Below, one piece after another: positions 1 through 6,993 of a stretch of 25,187 nucleotides of DNA. This DNA is from Phycisphaerae bacterium (GTDB lineage Bacteria; Planctomycetota; Phycisphaerae; UBA1845; Fen-1342): positions 1-25,187 of the forward strand of contig JASFQK010000056.1 of NCBI GenBank assembly GCA_050115495.1. The letters run 5' to 3'. Made by a program: the position numbers and the translations under genes. Below the pieces are notes generated by a model that saw nothing but the letters and a program-made list of their open reading frames with translations, made no database searches and had not been told where the DNA came from. Numbering within the stretch: position 1 is the first letter of the stretch; each line of letters starts with the position of its first letter.

Positions 1-529
1 AGTACTGGCCAGCGGCGAAGACGATTCGCCGGGCGAGGTGGGTCCAGGCGTCGTCGGTTACGCCGTAATGGCTGCCTCGGGCGGTGGCGACGCTGTAGAC
101 GTATTGCAGAAGCTCGTTCTCATCGGGATCAACGAAGCCGGCGTCCAGTAAGCAGCGGCGGTGCGTGCGGAACGCCGTTCCGGCCTGGACGCGTTCGCGG
201 AGCGGGGGATCGGTGCAGCCCGGCAGATCGCGGCGAATCGTGCAGGCGATGCTGACGATGAGGGCTTCGAGGGCGGCGCGGGCCTCGTTGATGGCGGCGT
301 GGCTATGACCATTGGCGGCGGTGGCGTCGGATTGGCGCAGGTGGTAGGCCATCGTCGGCAGATCGAGTTCGGGGTGTGGCTGGAGATCGGAGAGCAACGC
401 CGTCAGGGCGAAGGCGTGCGGTTGGTGCGTGGTCGGCGTGGTCATGGTGTTTGTCCCTGTTGTGATGAGCTTCTCCGGTTCGGCGAGGAACCTGCCGGGC
501 ATGGCCCGTCCTGCATGGGCTTCGCTCAT
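1..529 (-). CDS. Hypothetical protein, partial (runs off left edge), weakly Abi_C/HEPN-like
   Basis: Open frame absent from the ORF track. My translation: MSEAHAGRAM...MTTPTTHQPHAFALTALLSDLQPHPELDLPTMAYHLRQSDATAANGHSHAAINEARAALEALIVSIA...ENELLQYVYSVATARGSHYGVTDDAWTHLARRIVFAAGQY. ATG at 529 overlaps the upstream TGA (TGATG); an alternative ATG at 445 follows AGGGA. Family resemblance is by eye only. Confidence 0.7.
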   Translation of the reverse strand, partial: MSEAHAGRAMPGRFLAEPEKLITTGTNTMTTPTTHQPHAFALTALLSDLQPHPELDLPTMAYHLRQSDATAANGHSHAAINEARAALEALIVSIACTIRRDLPGCTDPPLRERVQAGTAFRTHRRCLLDAGFVDPDENELLQYVYSVATARGSHYGVTDDAWTHLARRIVFAAGQY

Positions 530-1125
530 CAATCATCTCCTCGCGTATCGTCGGGCTCCACGGGGGTGCTGTTACCGCCCCATTTCCGGATCTGTGCCCA
601 GCGTTCCTGCCACCACGTCGGCAGCGGACCGCAGTCGATCTCCACGACCCCCGGCCGCACGATCAGTTCGTCCAGACACTCGGCGACGACGTTCAACAGG
701 CCAGACTCGTACCTGGCCTCCCGGTTCAGGTAGTCGTGCCACCAGTCCGCCAGTATCTTCGGTTCAATACGCCGCACTTCGGGGATTTGCTCGAGGATGT
801 CGGGGGCGTTGAGTCGGTGCAGGCACTCGATCAATACGCTGACGACGGTTCCGCGCTCGACGCCCCTGAGCCGCTCACCGGGGTCGTCGTCGTGATGGGG
901 CAAGTCGTTGTCCAGGCCGTCATGGCACAAGTATTGATATTCTGTCGCACCGGGGACCTGGATCAGGAGGGCCTGGGCCCGGAAGTAGACGCCGAGGCGG
1001 AGCAGGTCGCGGGCCACGTAGGCCATCCAGAACTCGGGTGCCCGTGCGATCGGGAAGGTGCTGCGCACGTTGCCCGTGAAGCACGACAAGCGGCCACGCG
1101 CCTCGAACTCGACCGGATCCAGCAT
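529..1125 (-). CDS. Hypothetical protein (198 aa)
   Basis: C-terminal part of track ORF 529..1452. Start moved to ATG 1125 (MLDPVEFEARG...), preceded by SD-like AAGGGG; the upstream extension crosses REPs and hairpins. No family recognised. Confidence 0.75.
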   Translation of the reverse strand: MLDPVEFEARGRLSCFTGNVRSTFPIARAPEFWMAYVARDLLRLGVYFRAQALLIQVPGATEYQYLCHDGLDNDLPHHDDDPGERLRGVERGTVVSVLIECLHRLNAPDILEQIPEVRRIEPKILADWWHDYLNREARYESGLLNVVAECLDELIVRPGVVEIDCGPLPTWWQERWAQIRKWGGNSTPVEPDDTRGDD

Positions 1126-1170
1126 GTCTGTCCCCTTGTTTGCGTCCTGCCGGCGGCTTGCCGGCGATTC

Positions 1171-1242
1171 GTAGCGGCCGGTCTCCGTGCCGGCCGCGGG
1201 TGTACGGACGGATTCGCGATTGGCGGGCACGGCCCGCCCTGC
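1171..1242. repeat. Inward-facing pair of two different REP-like palindromes
   Basis: 1171-1196 GTAGCGGCCGGTCTCCGTGCCGGCCG is the reverse complement of the copy at 5742-5767. 1222-1242 GGCGGGCACGGCCCGCCCTGC matches the family at 1890-1951. Confidence 0.75.
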
Positions 1243-1341
1243 ATTGGCGCGCAGGGGTGGCGACGCCGTTGGGGACGGCGGAACGTCGAAGGCTGATGGC
1301 ACCAAAAGGAAACGGGCGCCACCCGATGCGCTAAAGGTCAT

Positions 1342-1539
1342 GCTCGAACCGTCAAGCTCATCTGCACGACCCCGCGCACCGGGTAGCGCCCGCATGATAC
1401 GCGCGGACACTATCCCGGGCGAGGCTGTCTTGGGCAGATGAGAACAGCGCAACCGGCACGCATGCCGGAAACCGCTGGGTTGACGGTTCGAACGCCAAGA
1501 CAGACAATCCCAAATTCGGAGCCCCGGGTTTCGAGGCCC
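1342..1539 (-). ncRNA. Candidate structured RNA / 5' leader, family not recognised
   Basis: Perfect complementary segments 1344-1355/1480-1491 (12 bp), 1357-1365/1434-1442 (9 bp) and 1425-1433/1495-1503 (9 bp, crossing). Inner stems need G-U pairs that form only on the minus strand. Begins just downstream of a near-consensus minus-strand promoter. Confidence 0.6.
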
Positions 1540-1545
1540 AAAGAA

Positions 1546-1574
1546 AGCATAAACCTTACTGTGTCGTTTGTCAA
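1546..1574 (-). promoter_or_regulatory. Sigma70-type promoter firing leftward
   Basis: Minus strand TTGACA (1574-1569), 17-nt spacer, TATGCT (1551-1546), within an AT-rich patch. Confidence 0.7.
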
Positions 1575-1598
1575 CTTGACTATGTCATTTTATGACAT
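1570..1598. promoter_or_regulatory. Palindromic operator candidates (probably for the adjacent XRE protein)
   Basis: GTCAA-C-TTGAC (1570-1580) and ATGTCAT-TTT-ATGACAT (1582-1598) are perfect inverted repeats between divergent units. The cognate regulator is inferred. Confidence 0.55.
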
Positions 1599-1626
1599 GT
1601 TTATGGCATGGACGTGATGGTGCAGC

Positions 1627-1893
1627 GTGATCGTCATTAAGCTCAAAGAGGCCATGCTGGCATACGGACGAAAGCGTGGCGTCAGGTTGACGTATGAAGG
1701 TGTCTCGTCCATGACGGGGATTCCGACGGAGACGCTTCGGTCTATTGGCGGGCGTCCTGGCTACCACTGCTCAGTGGCTCGTATCGAGGTCTTGTGTCGA
1801 GCCCTAGAGACGCCGCTGCACGACATGCTCGAGATGATCGACGACCCCCCGAAGCCCAAAACGAAGGCGAAGCGCACGCGGAGGCAGAAGTAG
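1627..1893 (+). CDS. XRE/Cro-C1 family helix-turn-helix transcriptional regulator
   Basis: 88 aa; LTYEGVSSMTGIPTETLRSI...IEVLCRALETPLHDMLE fits the Cro/C1 HTH pattern; basic C-terminal tail. Confidence 0.85.
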   Translation: MIVIKLKEAMLAYGRKRGVRLTYEGVSSMTGIPTETLRSIGGRPGYHCSVARIEVLCRALETPLHDMLEMIDDPPKPKTKAKRTRRQK

Positions 1894-1951
1894 GACGGGC
1901 CGTGCCCGCCGGCGGATGTGTGCCGGGGGAATTGGTGGCCACGGCCCGCCC
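1890..1951. repeat. Inverted REP doublet (REPIN-like) between convergent genes
   Basis: GTAGGACGGGCCGTGCCCGCC (its TAG is the XRE stop) faces GGTGGCCACGGCCCGCCCTG. Confidence 0.65.
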
Positions 1952-2003
1952 TGTCTTCGGCTTGCCGTAGCCGATGCACGTTTATGAAGAAGCGAACCGT
2001 GCG

Positions 2004-2912
2004 TCACTTGAGCCCATAGTAGCTGCAGATGAGTTTCGACAGCACGCTGCCTGCGACGTCCATCGAGAGGCTCCACGCTCCCGATCCCGCCTTCGCGACC
2101 ATCTTGCCAACCCATGCGGCTACGCCGGGACCGAGCTTCCTCTCTGTCGGCTTCGGGTCAGCTTGTACCGCCGCCTCAAGCGCGGCGGCATCGTCGCTCT
2201 CAACGCCAAGGCTAGCGAGGATCTTCCTCAATCCGCGCATGTCATTAGGGGCCACTTCAAACATCTGAACAGAGGCCACGGACTCAGCAATCAGTGCGTT
2301 CCCCCCCAAGATGTACGTGTTGAAGATCTGCCCGACCTTCTCCCCGGGCACGCGAGGCACGCCCGGGGGCGCCTCGCCAGCGCCCGGGGCCGCCGCTTCG
2401 ATCTCAAGCACGAAGTCGAGCAGCTTGTTCCGCACCGTGTCCAGCAGTGCCGCGAGTGCTCCATCCGCGATTCTCTGCCACGCACTGATGCACACCGTCG
2501 CTCCCCGACTACGTTGTGCAACGAGCGCTATCAGGTTCGGGTCCCAAGGAACGTGCAGCGGTGCCTCGGGAGACGGGCTGGACAGAATCTGTTCGTAGGA
2601 ACTCACACCCTCCACGAAGCGGTACTTCTCGACGTGCTCGCGAAGGTGCTCTGGAAGGCACTGTGACGGGATCGGCGCGTTTCGCAGGCCGCTGGACCAG
2701 GGACCCGCGAAGTGGCCGTAGTTCTGCGTATAGGTGACTCGGTACTCGGGAACATCCACACCCGCGGGATAACCGTTGAGTTCTCGTTCCACCCACTGCT
2801 TGAAGGCGTCGTGCCCGAGTCGAGCTGCGAGGATCTTTGCCTTGCGAAGCAAGTCAGAGAGTCTCACAGACGAATCAGCCGCGGCATCTTGGATCTCTCG
2901 GAGAAGACTCAT
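2004..2912 (-). CDS. AbiTii-domain protein (302 aa), putative anti-phage
   Basis: N-terminus MSLLREIQDAAADSSVRLSDLLRKAKILAARLGHDAFKQWVERELNGY...VPEYR matches the AbiTii pattern as I recall it. ATG 2912 follows AAGGA. More A/T-ending codons than core genes. Confidence 0.8.
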   Translation of the reverse strand: MSLLREIQDAAADSSVRLSDLLRKAKILAARLGHDAFKQWVERELNGYPAGVDVPEYRVTYTQNYGHFAGPWSSGLRNAPIPSQCLPEHLREHVEKYRFVEGVSSYEQILSSPSPEAPLHVPWDPNLIALVAQRSRGATVCISAWQRIADGALAALLDTVRNKLLDFVLEIEAAAPGAGEAPPGVPRVPGEKVGQIFNTYILGGNALIAESVASVQMFEVAPNDMRGLRKILASLGVESDDAAALEAAVQADPKPTERKLGPGVAAWVGKMVAKAGSGAWSLSMDVAGSVLSKLICSYYGLK

Positions 2913-3180
2913 TTTCGCGTTCCTTCGCTGAGCAGCGGAGACTCCGTCCCCAGTATCGTACGGTCCAGTGACCACCGATGCAAAGACAGGGACGTGTGCA
3001 ACCGTAGCTCTCTTGCTCAGAGGCAGGGCGTGCGAGCGTGCTGTGAACCACGCAAGAGGATGTTGGCGACCCGCGCGTCACATGTTGTGTTTGCCGGAGC
3101 GGCCTCGATCGCCGGACGTGACGCGGCCGACCGTGCTACCTCCGATCCTCGCGCCTGGCCGCGTGGCGAACACTTCAGTC

Positions 3181-3300
3181 GTCCCCTTCGGGGACTTGGG
3201 GGGAGAGAGAGGCGGGGCAGGTCCCCGGGTTGCGCTTGCCCGCCTTAGCGCGGGCGGCGCTGCACCCGGGGCTAGAATCCGTCGCCCGCTCCGCGGGCTG
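3181..3300. repeat. Cluster of GC-rich hairpins, likely another palindromic repeat family
   Basis: GTCCCC-TTC-GGGGAC (3181-3195); CCCCGGGT...ACCCGGGG (3223-3271) with an inner GCCCGC/GCGGGC stem; GCCCGC-TCC-GCGGGC (3284-3298). Single copy in this window. Confidence 0.5.
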
Positions 3301-3430
3301 CGCTGCGCGCCGCCCCCACCCAATCTCCGCCAGAACGCGACAGACTTCGCCAATCCCCTCCGCCCCTCCGTCGCCACGCGCTTTCGTGATCTATACTGAA
3401 CACTGACAACTGCTTGTGTCGCTTGCCCAG

Positions 3431-4043
3431 GACGTCCGGTGCGGAGCCCGGACGTTACGGCTCACGGCTCAAGGCCTGTGACTTCTGGCTGAGGGCTGAC
3501 GGCTTCCCCAAAATGACCAACACGCGCACAGCCAACCCGGCACCTCCCGCAACGCGCAACAGCCGCGCCCGTTCCGCCAAGAGTCTCATTTGCGGCACAC
3601 CCAAACATGAGATTCTTGAGACTCTTGAGGCCCCTCCCCCTGTGGGCGGATCACCAGCCATTGGCAGGTGCCACACCAGCCGGCGGACACGGCGACGCGA
3701 GAAACGGGGTGGGTTCCGCGGCGAAGAGACACCGGCGGGCGGGGCTGTGTGGAGCAGCACTGGTGGGCAAGCCACCAGTGGCAGCCGGCGACGCACCGGA
3801 TGCAATCCGGTGCCACAGTTCGGGAGGCGTGAGTCGGTTGGTGTTCGACGTCGGCCACGGGGGGCCGACGCTACGGGACGGCCGACGCGGAGGTCGAGCG
3901 CTACGGGACGACGGAAGACATGCCGGCGCCTAAGGCTTCGGCATGCCACACTCCGGCTCACGGCTCATGGCCCGCCGAAGACGTCCGGTGCGGAGCCCGG
4001 GCGCTATGCGTCCCGCACTGGTGGGCAAGCCACCAGTGGCACC
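3431..4043 (-). repeat. Mosaic REP array 1
   Basis: Units: G GACGTCCGGTGCGGAGCCCGG.. 3431-3458 and 3980-4007; A CACTGGTGGGCAAGCCACCAGTGGCA 3758-3783 and 4016-4043; B GCACCGGATGCAATCCGGTGCCAC 3793-3816; C ACGTCGGCCACGGGGGGCCGACGCTAC 3848-3874; D 3877-3904; F GACATGCCGGCGCCTAAGGCTTCGGCATGCCAC 3917-3949. Confidence 0.9.
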
Positions 4044-4117
4044 GGGCGACGGTCGATGTGCTGCGGGCCCGTTGGTACTGCCTGGCGTACGCGGACTCCT
4101 GTCGGGGGCGGTGCGTC

Positions 4118-5278
4118 TTAGCGACGGCGGCGACGGGCGGCCAGGGTCAGGCCGAGCAGGAGGAGTGCGCTCGTCGCCGGCTCGGGGATGTGGGCGACCC
4201 AGCCCTGGGTCATGCCCGACGAGTCGAAGCCGTTGCCGACGATCGTGCAGCCGTCCGCGGAGATGCCGGTGGCAGACAGCAGCGTCCAACCGGTCAGGTC
4301 GAGCCCCAGTTTGGTGGTCAGGACGTCACGGAGCGACCGCATCCCGTTGTCGGCGTCCCAGATGAACGCCTCGAATCCGTCCGGGCTGGTTACGCCGTCG
4401 CTGTTGGCCATGCCGACGATGATCGATCCGTCCGCGGAGACGTCCGACGCCTGGCTGTGAAAGATGCCGCCGGGAAGGTCGCCCAGGCCGACCATGCCGT
4501 CGTCTGCCGTCCAGCGGAACGTCTCGTAGTAGCCCGCGGCGGTGGATGCGGAGGAGCTCGCGCCGACGATCACGGAGCCATCGGCCGAGATGTTGTCGGC
4601 GAAGCTGCCGTCGGTCGTGTTTCCGCCGGGGAGAAGGCCGAGATCGCTGACGTCGCCATCTACCCAGCGGCAGGCTCTCGTCCCCTGCACACTGGAGCTG
4701 CTGCCGACGATGATGGCGCCGTCGGCGGATACGCCGGAGGCATCGGAGTAGGTGTCGAGACCGCCGGGCAGGCTGGGCAGTGCGACCATGCCGGTATCCG
4801 CCGTCCAGCGGAAGCCGTGCAGGTCCAACATGCTACCCGTGTCGGCGATGCCGACGATCACGGAACCGTCGGCCGACGCGTTCCACGCCGTGCTGATGGC
4901 GCCGCCCGGAAGATGCCCGAGGCTGACCATGCCCTCCGCTTCGGTCCAGCGGAAGCCATGGTAGAGCGAGCCGCTGTTGGCGCAGCCCACGAGGGTCTGG
5001 CCATCGCCGGAGACGCCGTAGGCAATGCTGCAGGGGTTCACCGCGGGCAGGAAGCCGAGGCTGACCGGTCCGGTGGCGGCGGTCCAGCGGAAAGCTTCCT
5101 GGGTGTCAAACCTCCAGGTCGAACCGGCGACGACCGAGCCGTCGGCTGAGACGTCGCCGGCCGTTGCCGCCTCGCCGCCCTCCAGGTACCCGGTCCCCGT
5201 GAACCACACGTCAGCCAGCGCGCCGCCGGACATCACGAACGCGGCGGTCACGATCGCCACAAAGCAGGTGCGTTTCAT
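4118..5278 (-). CDS. Secreted HAF-family extracellular repeat protein with PEP-CTERM sorting signal (386 aa)
   Basis: Signal peptide MKRTCFVAIVTAAFVMSGGALA; repeated S.A..VSADGS.IVG / AFRWT...GM..LG units; C-terminal IPEPATSALLLLGLTLAARRRRR; purine-rich SD before ATG 5278. Confidence 0.92.
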   Translation of the reverse strand: MKRTCFVAIVTAAFVMSGGALADVWFTGTGYLEGGEAATAGDVSADGSVVAGSTWRFDTQEAFRWTAATGPVSLGFLPAVNPCSIAYGVSGDGQTLVGCANSGSLYHGFRWTEAEGMVSLGHLPGGAISTAWNASADGSVIVGIADTGSMLDLHGFRWTADTGMVALPSLPGGLDTYSDASGVSADGAIIVGSSSSVQGTRACRWVDGDVSDLGLLPGGNTTDGSFADNISADGSVIVGASSSASTAAGYYETFRWTADDGMVGLGDLPGGIFHSQASDVSADGSIIVGMANSDGVTSPDGFEAFIWDADNGMRSLRDVLTTKLGLDLTGWTLLSATGISADGCTIVGNGFDSSGMTQGWVAHIPEPATSALLLLGLTLAARRRRR

Positions 5279-5521
5279 TGTCTCCCTCTCCTTCCTCTTT
5301 CTCCCGAGCCGTGTCGACCGGGTCGTGCGCCCGGTCGAGGCGAAGCCTGCGCAGCCAGACGTGCACACTGTCAGCCGCGCCGCTGACGCCGGAGGGAGCT
5401 TCCGTTTGATGTCTGCTGCGACTTGGGGCGTATGGATATGCTCGCAATCGCCCCACTTCGGCGGCCGGCGGAAGCGTCCCAGGCTCGCGGCGCCGCGTTT
5501 TCCAATCGATTGGCTCAGATG

Positions 5522-5551
5522 AGCATACACGATGTGATGTCTTCGGGTCAA
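5522..5551 (-). promoter_or_regulatory. Candidate sigma70-type promoter for the PEP-CTERM gene
   Basis: Minus strand TTGACC (5551-5546), 18-nt spacer, TATGCT (5527-5522). Confidence 0.45.
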
Positions 5552-5602
5552 GCAATGTGTATAGCGTGAGGAGAGTGGGAGTACGTTGAGAGTGGAGCAA
5601 GA

Positions 5603-5837
5603 GACATGCCGGCGCCTAAGGCTTCAGCATGCCACACGCGCTGCGCGAGAGCAGGAGAGCAGGAGTGAGTAGAGCGGAGGAGTACGATGCGCGCTTCGTT
5701 GGGCAGTCTACGTCGGCCACGGGGGGCCGACGCTACGAAGACGGCCGGCACGGAGACCGGCCGCTACGGGAGCGGCCGGCCTCGTTGCCCAATCGCTATG
5801 AAGACGTCCGGTATCCCGGCGCGCCGGGAGACGCTAC
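5603..5837 (-). repeat. Mosaic REP array 2
   Basis: F 5603-5635, C 5710-5736 (identical to 3848-3874), D GACGGCCGGCACGGAGACCGGCCGCTAC 5740-5767, G-like 5803-5837, plus GAGAGCAG-type short repeats. Confidence 0.88.
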
Positions 5838-5865
5838 GCTGCGCCCCGTTGCCTCGTTCGGTGCA

Positions 5866-6768
5866 TCACGCCGGTTCGAGGGGGATGTGGACTTCGGTGC
5901 GGAGATCCGCTGGGGCCGTCTGGTTGGGGTCGTTGAGGTAGACCTCGATGCTGGGGCCGGAGCGGATCTCGCGGCCGAGCTGCGGGATGGCCTCGCCGCA
6001 GAGCTGGGCGTACGTGCGCGACAGTCCCTCGTAGGGACCGGCGTGCACGGTTACGGCGTAGTCGCCGGCGGGGATGGTCTGGATGCCGAGCTCGCCCTCG
6101 GGCTGGGCACGCTCGTCGACGACGACGCAAGCGTCGTAGCGGATCTTGTCGGGCGGCGTCACTTCGGGGTCGTCGTGGCAGAGGCCGAGGAACTTGGACT
6201 GCGGGCCGAAGAGGCCGCGCTGGCCGGCGAGGGCGCAGAGCTTCTGCCAGGTCTGCCCGACTTCCTGATACGGGCCGACGTGGCGGACGAACGCTACGCG
6301 GATGGGGTCTATTTTCTTGATGGTCACGTCCATGGGGGTGTCTCCTGTGTGAGTGGGTTGGAAATCGTGGGGGCCGCCGGCGGGGTCGTAGTGCACGCCG
6401 GAGGGAGCCGCCGGAAGCGGTACCGGGCGGTGGATCTCGCGGAAGCGTGAGGGGGCGTCGCCGAACATGGCGCGGAACGCGCGCGTGAAGGCTTCGTGGG
6501 TTTCGTAGCCGGCCTGGAAGGCGATGCGGGTGATGGGCTGGTCGGTGTACTTGAGCTGCTGGGTGGCGCGTTCGAGGCGCAGGCGGCGAATGTGCTCCAT
6601 AACCGACTCGCCGAGCATGCCGCGGAAGATGCGGTGGAAATGAAACGGCGAGAAGTGGGCGACGGCGGCGAGTTCGTCGAGCGAGAGAGCCTCGTCGAGG
6701 TGCTGCTGGATGTGCACGAGCACTTGGAGCATGCGTTCGTGATAGGTTCGCTGCGTGGGCGAGGTCAT
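5866..6768 (-). CDS. AraC family transcriptional regulator with C-terminal GyrI-like ligand-binding domain (300 aa)
   Basis: LSLDELAAVAHFSPFHFHRIF...ITRIAFQAGYETHEAFTRAFRAMFGDAPSRFR (AraC HTH); HDDPEVTPPDKIRYDAC...GDYAVTVHAGPY...EVYLNDP (GyrI-like); SD AAAGGA before ATG 6768. Confidence 0.93.
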   Translation of the reverse strand: MTSPTQRTYHERMLQVLVHIQQHLDEALSLDELAAVAHFSPFHFHRIFRGMLGESVMEHIRRLRLERATQQLKYTDQPITRIAFQAGYETHEAFTRAFRAMFGDAPSRFREIHRPVPLPAAPSGVHYDPAGGPHDFQPTHTGDTPMDVTIKKIDPIRVAFVRHVGPYQEVGQTWQKLCALAGQRGLFGPQSKFLGLCHDDPEVTPPDKIRYDACVVVDERAQPEGELGIQTIPAGDYAVTVHAGPYEGLSRTYAQLCGEAIPQLGREIRSGPSIEVYLNDPNQTAPADLRTEVHIPLEPA

Positions 6769-6825
6769 GGGGGCAGTCCTTTCGCGAGCGAGGGCGCTTG
6801 GCGAAGCGGGCTCTTCCGACGTTCG

Positions 6826-6923
6826 ACGTCGGCCACGGGGGGCCGGCGCTACGGCGCGGGTCGCGCATCTTTCGGCGATCGACGGCCGACACAAAGACGT
6901 CCGGTACGGAGCCCGAACGCTAC
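6826..6923 (-). repeat. Mosaic REP array 3
   Basis: C 6826-6852 (1 mismatch), truncated D 6881-6892, G 6896-6923. Confidence 0.85.
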
Positions 6924-6993
6924 AGCGGACACAGTAGTCGATGCGGCGGCGGGGTGCTTGATCGTTTTTGCGGAAGTGCGTGGGCGGGGTTGT

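Noticed and set aside
1126..1452. N-terminal extension of ORF 529..1452
   Set aside because: TTG start without an SD, low-complexity translation through hairpins and REPs; a good SD precedes ATG 1125.
1342..1493. Retron msr-msd (terminal IR enclosing a short and a long hairpin)
   Set aside because: No reverse transcriptase in the window, no branching G right after the 5' repeat, and wobble pairs favour the RNA rather than a cDNA hairpin. Not fully excluded if an RT lies beyond the left edge.
3758..4043. CRISPR array
   Set aside because: Adjacent units are different sequences with irregular spacing, copies are dispersed, and no cas genes are present; REP mosaic fits better.
2968..4121. Track ORFs in the repeat region (e.g. 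3414..4121 +, 3455..3961 -)
   Set aside because: Arg/Pro/Gly-rich read-through of REP units, no SD or domain.
5460..5515. c-di-GMP-I riboswitch (GGAAAAC...GGGACGC on the minus strand)
   Set aside because: Lacks the GCAAA/GNRA hairpin and GCAAAG core arrangement.
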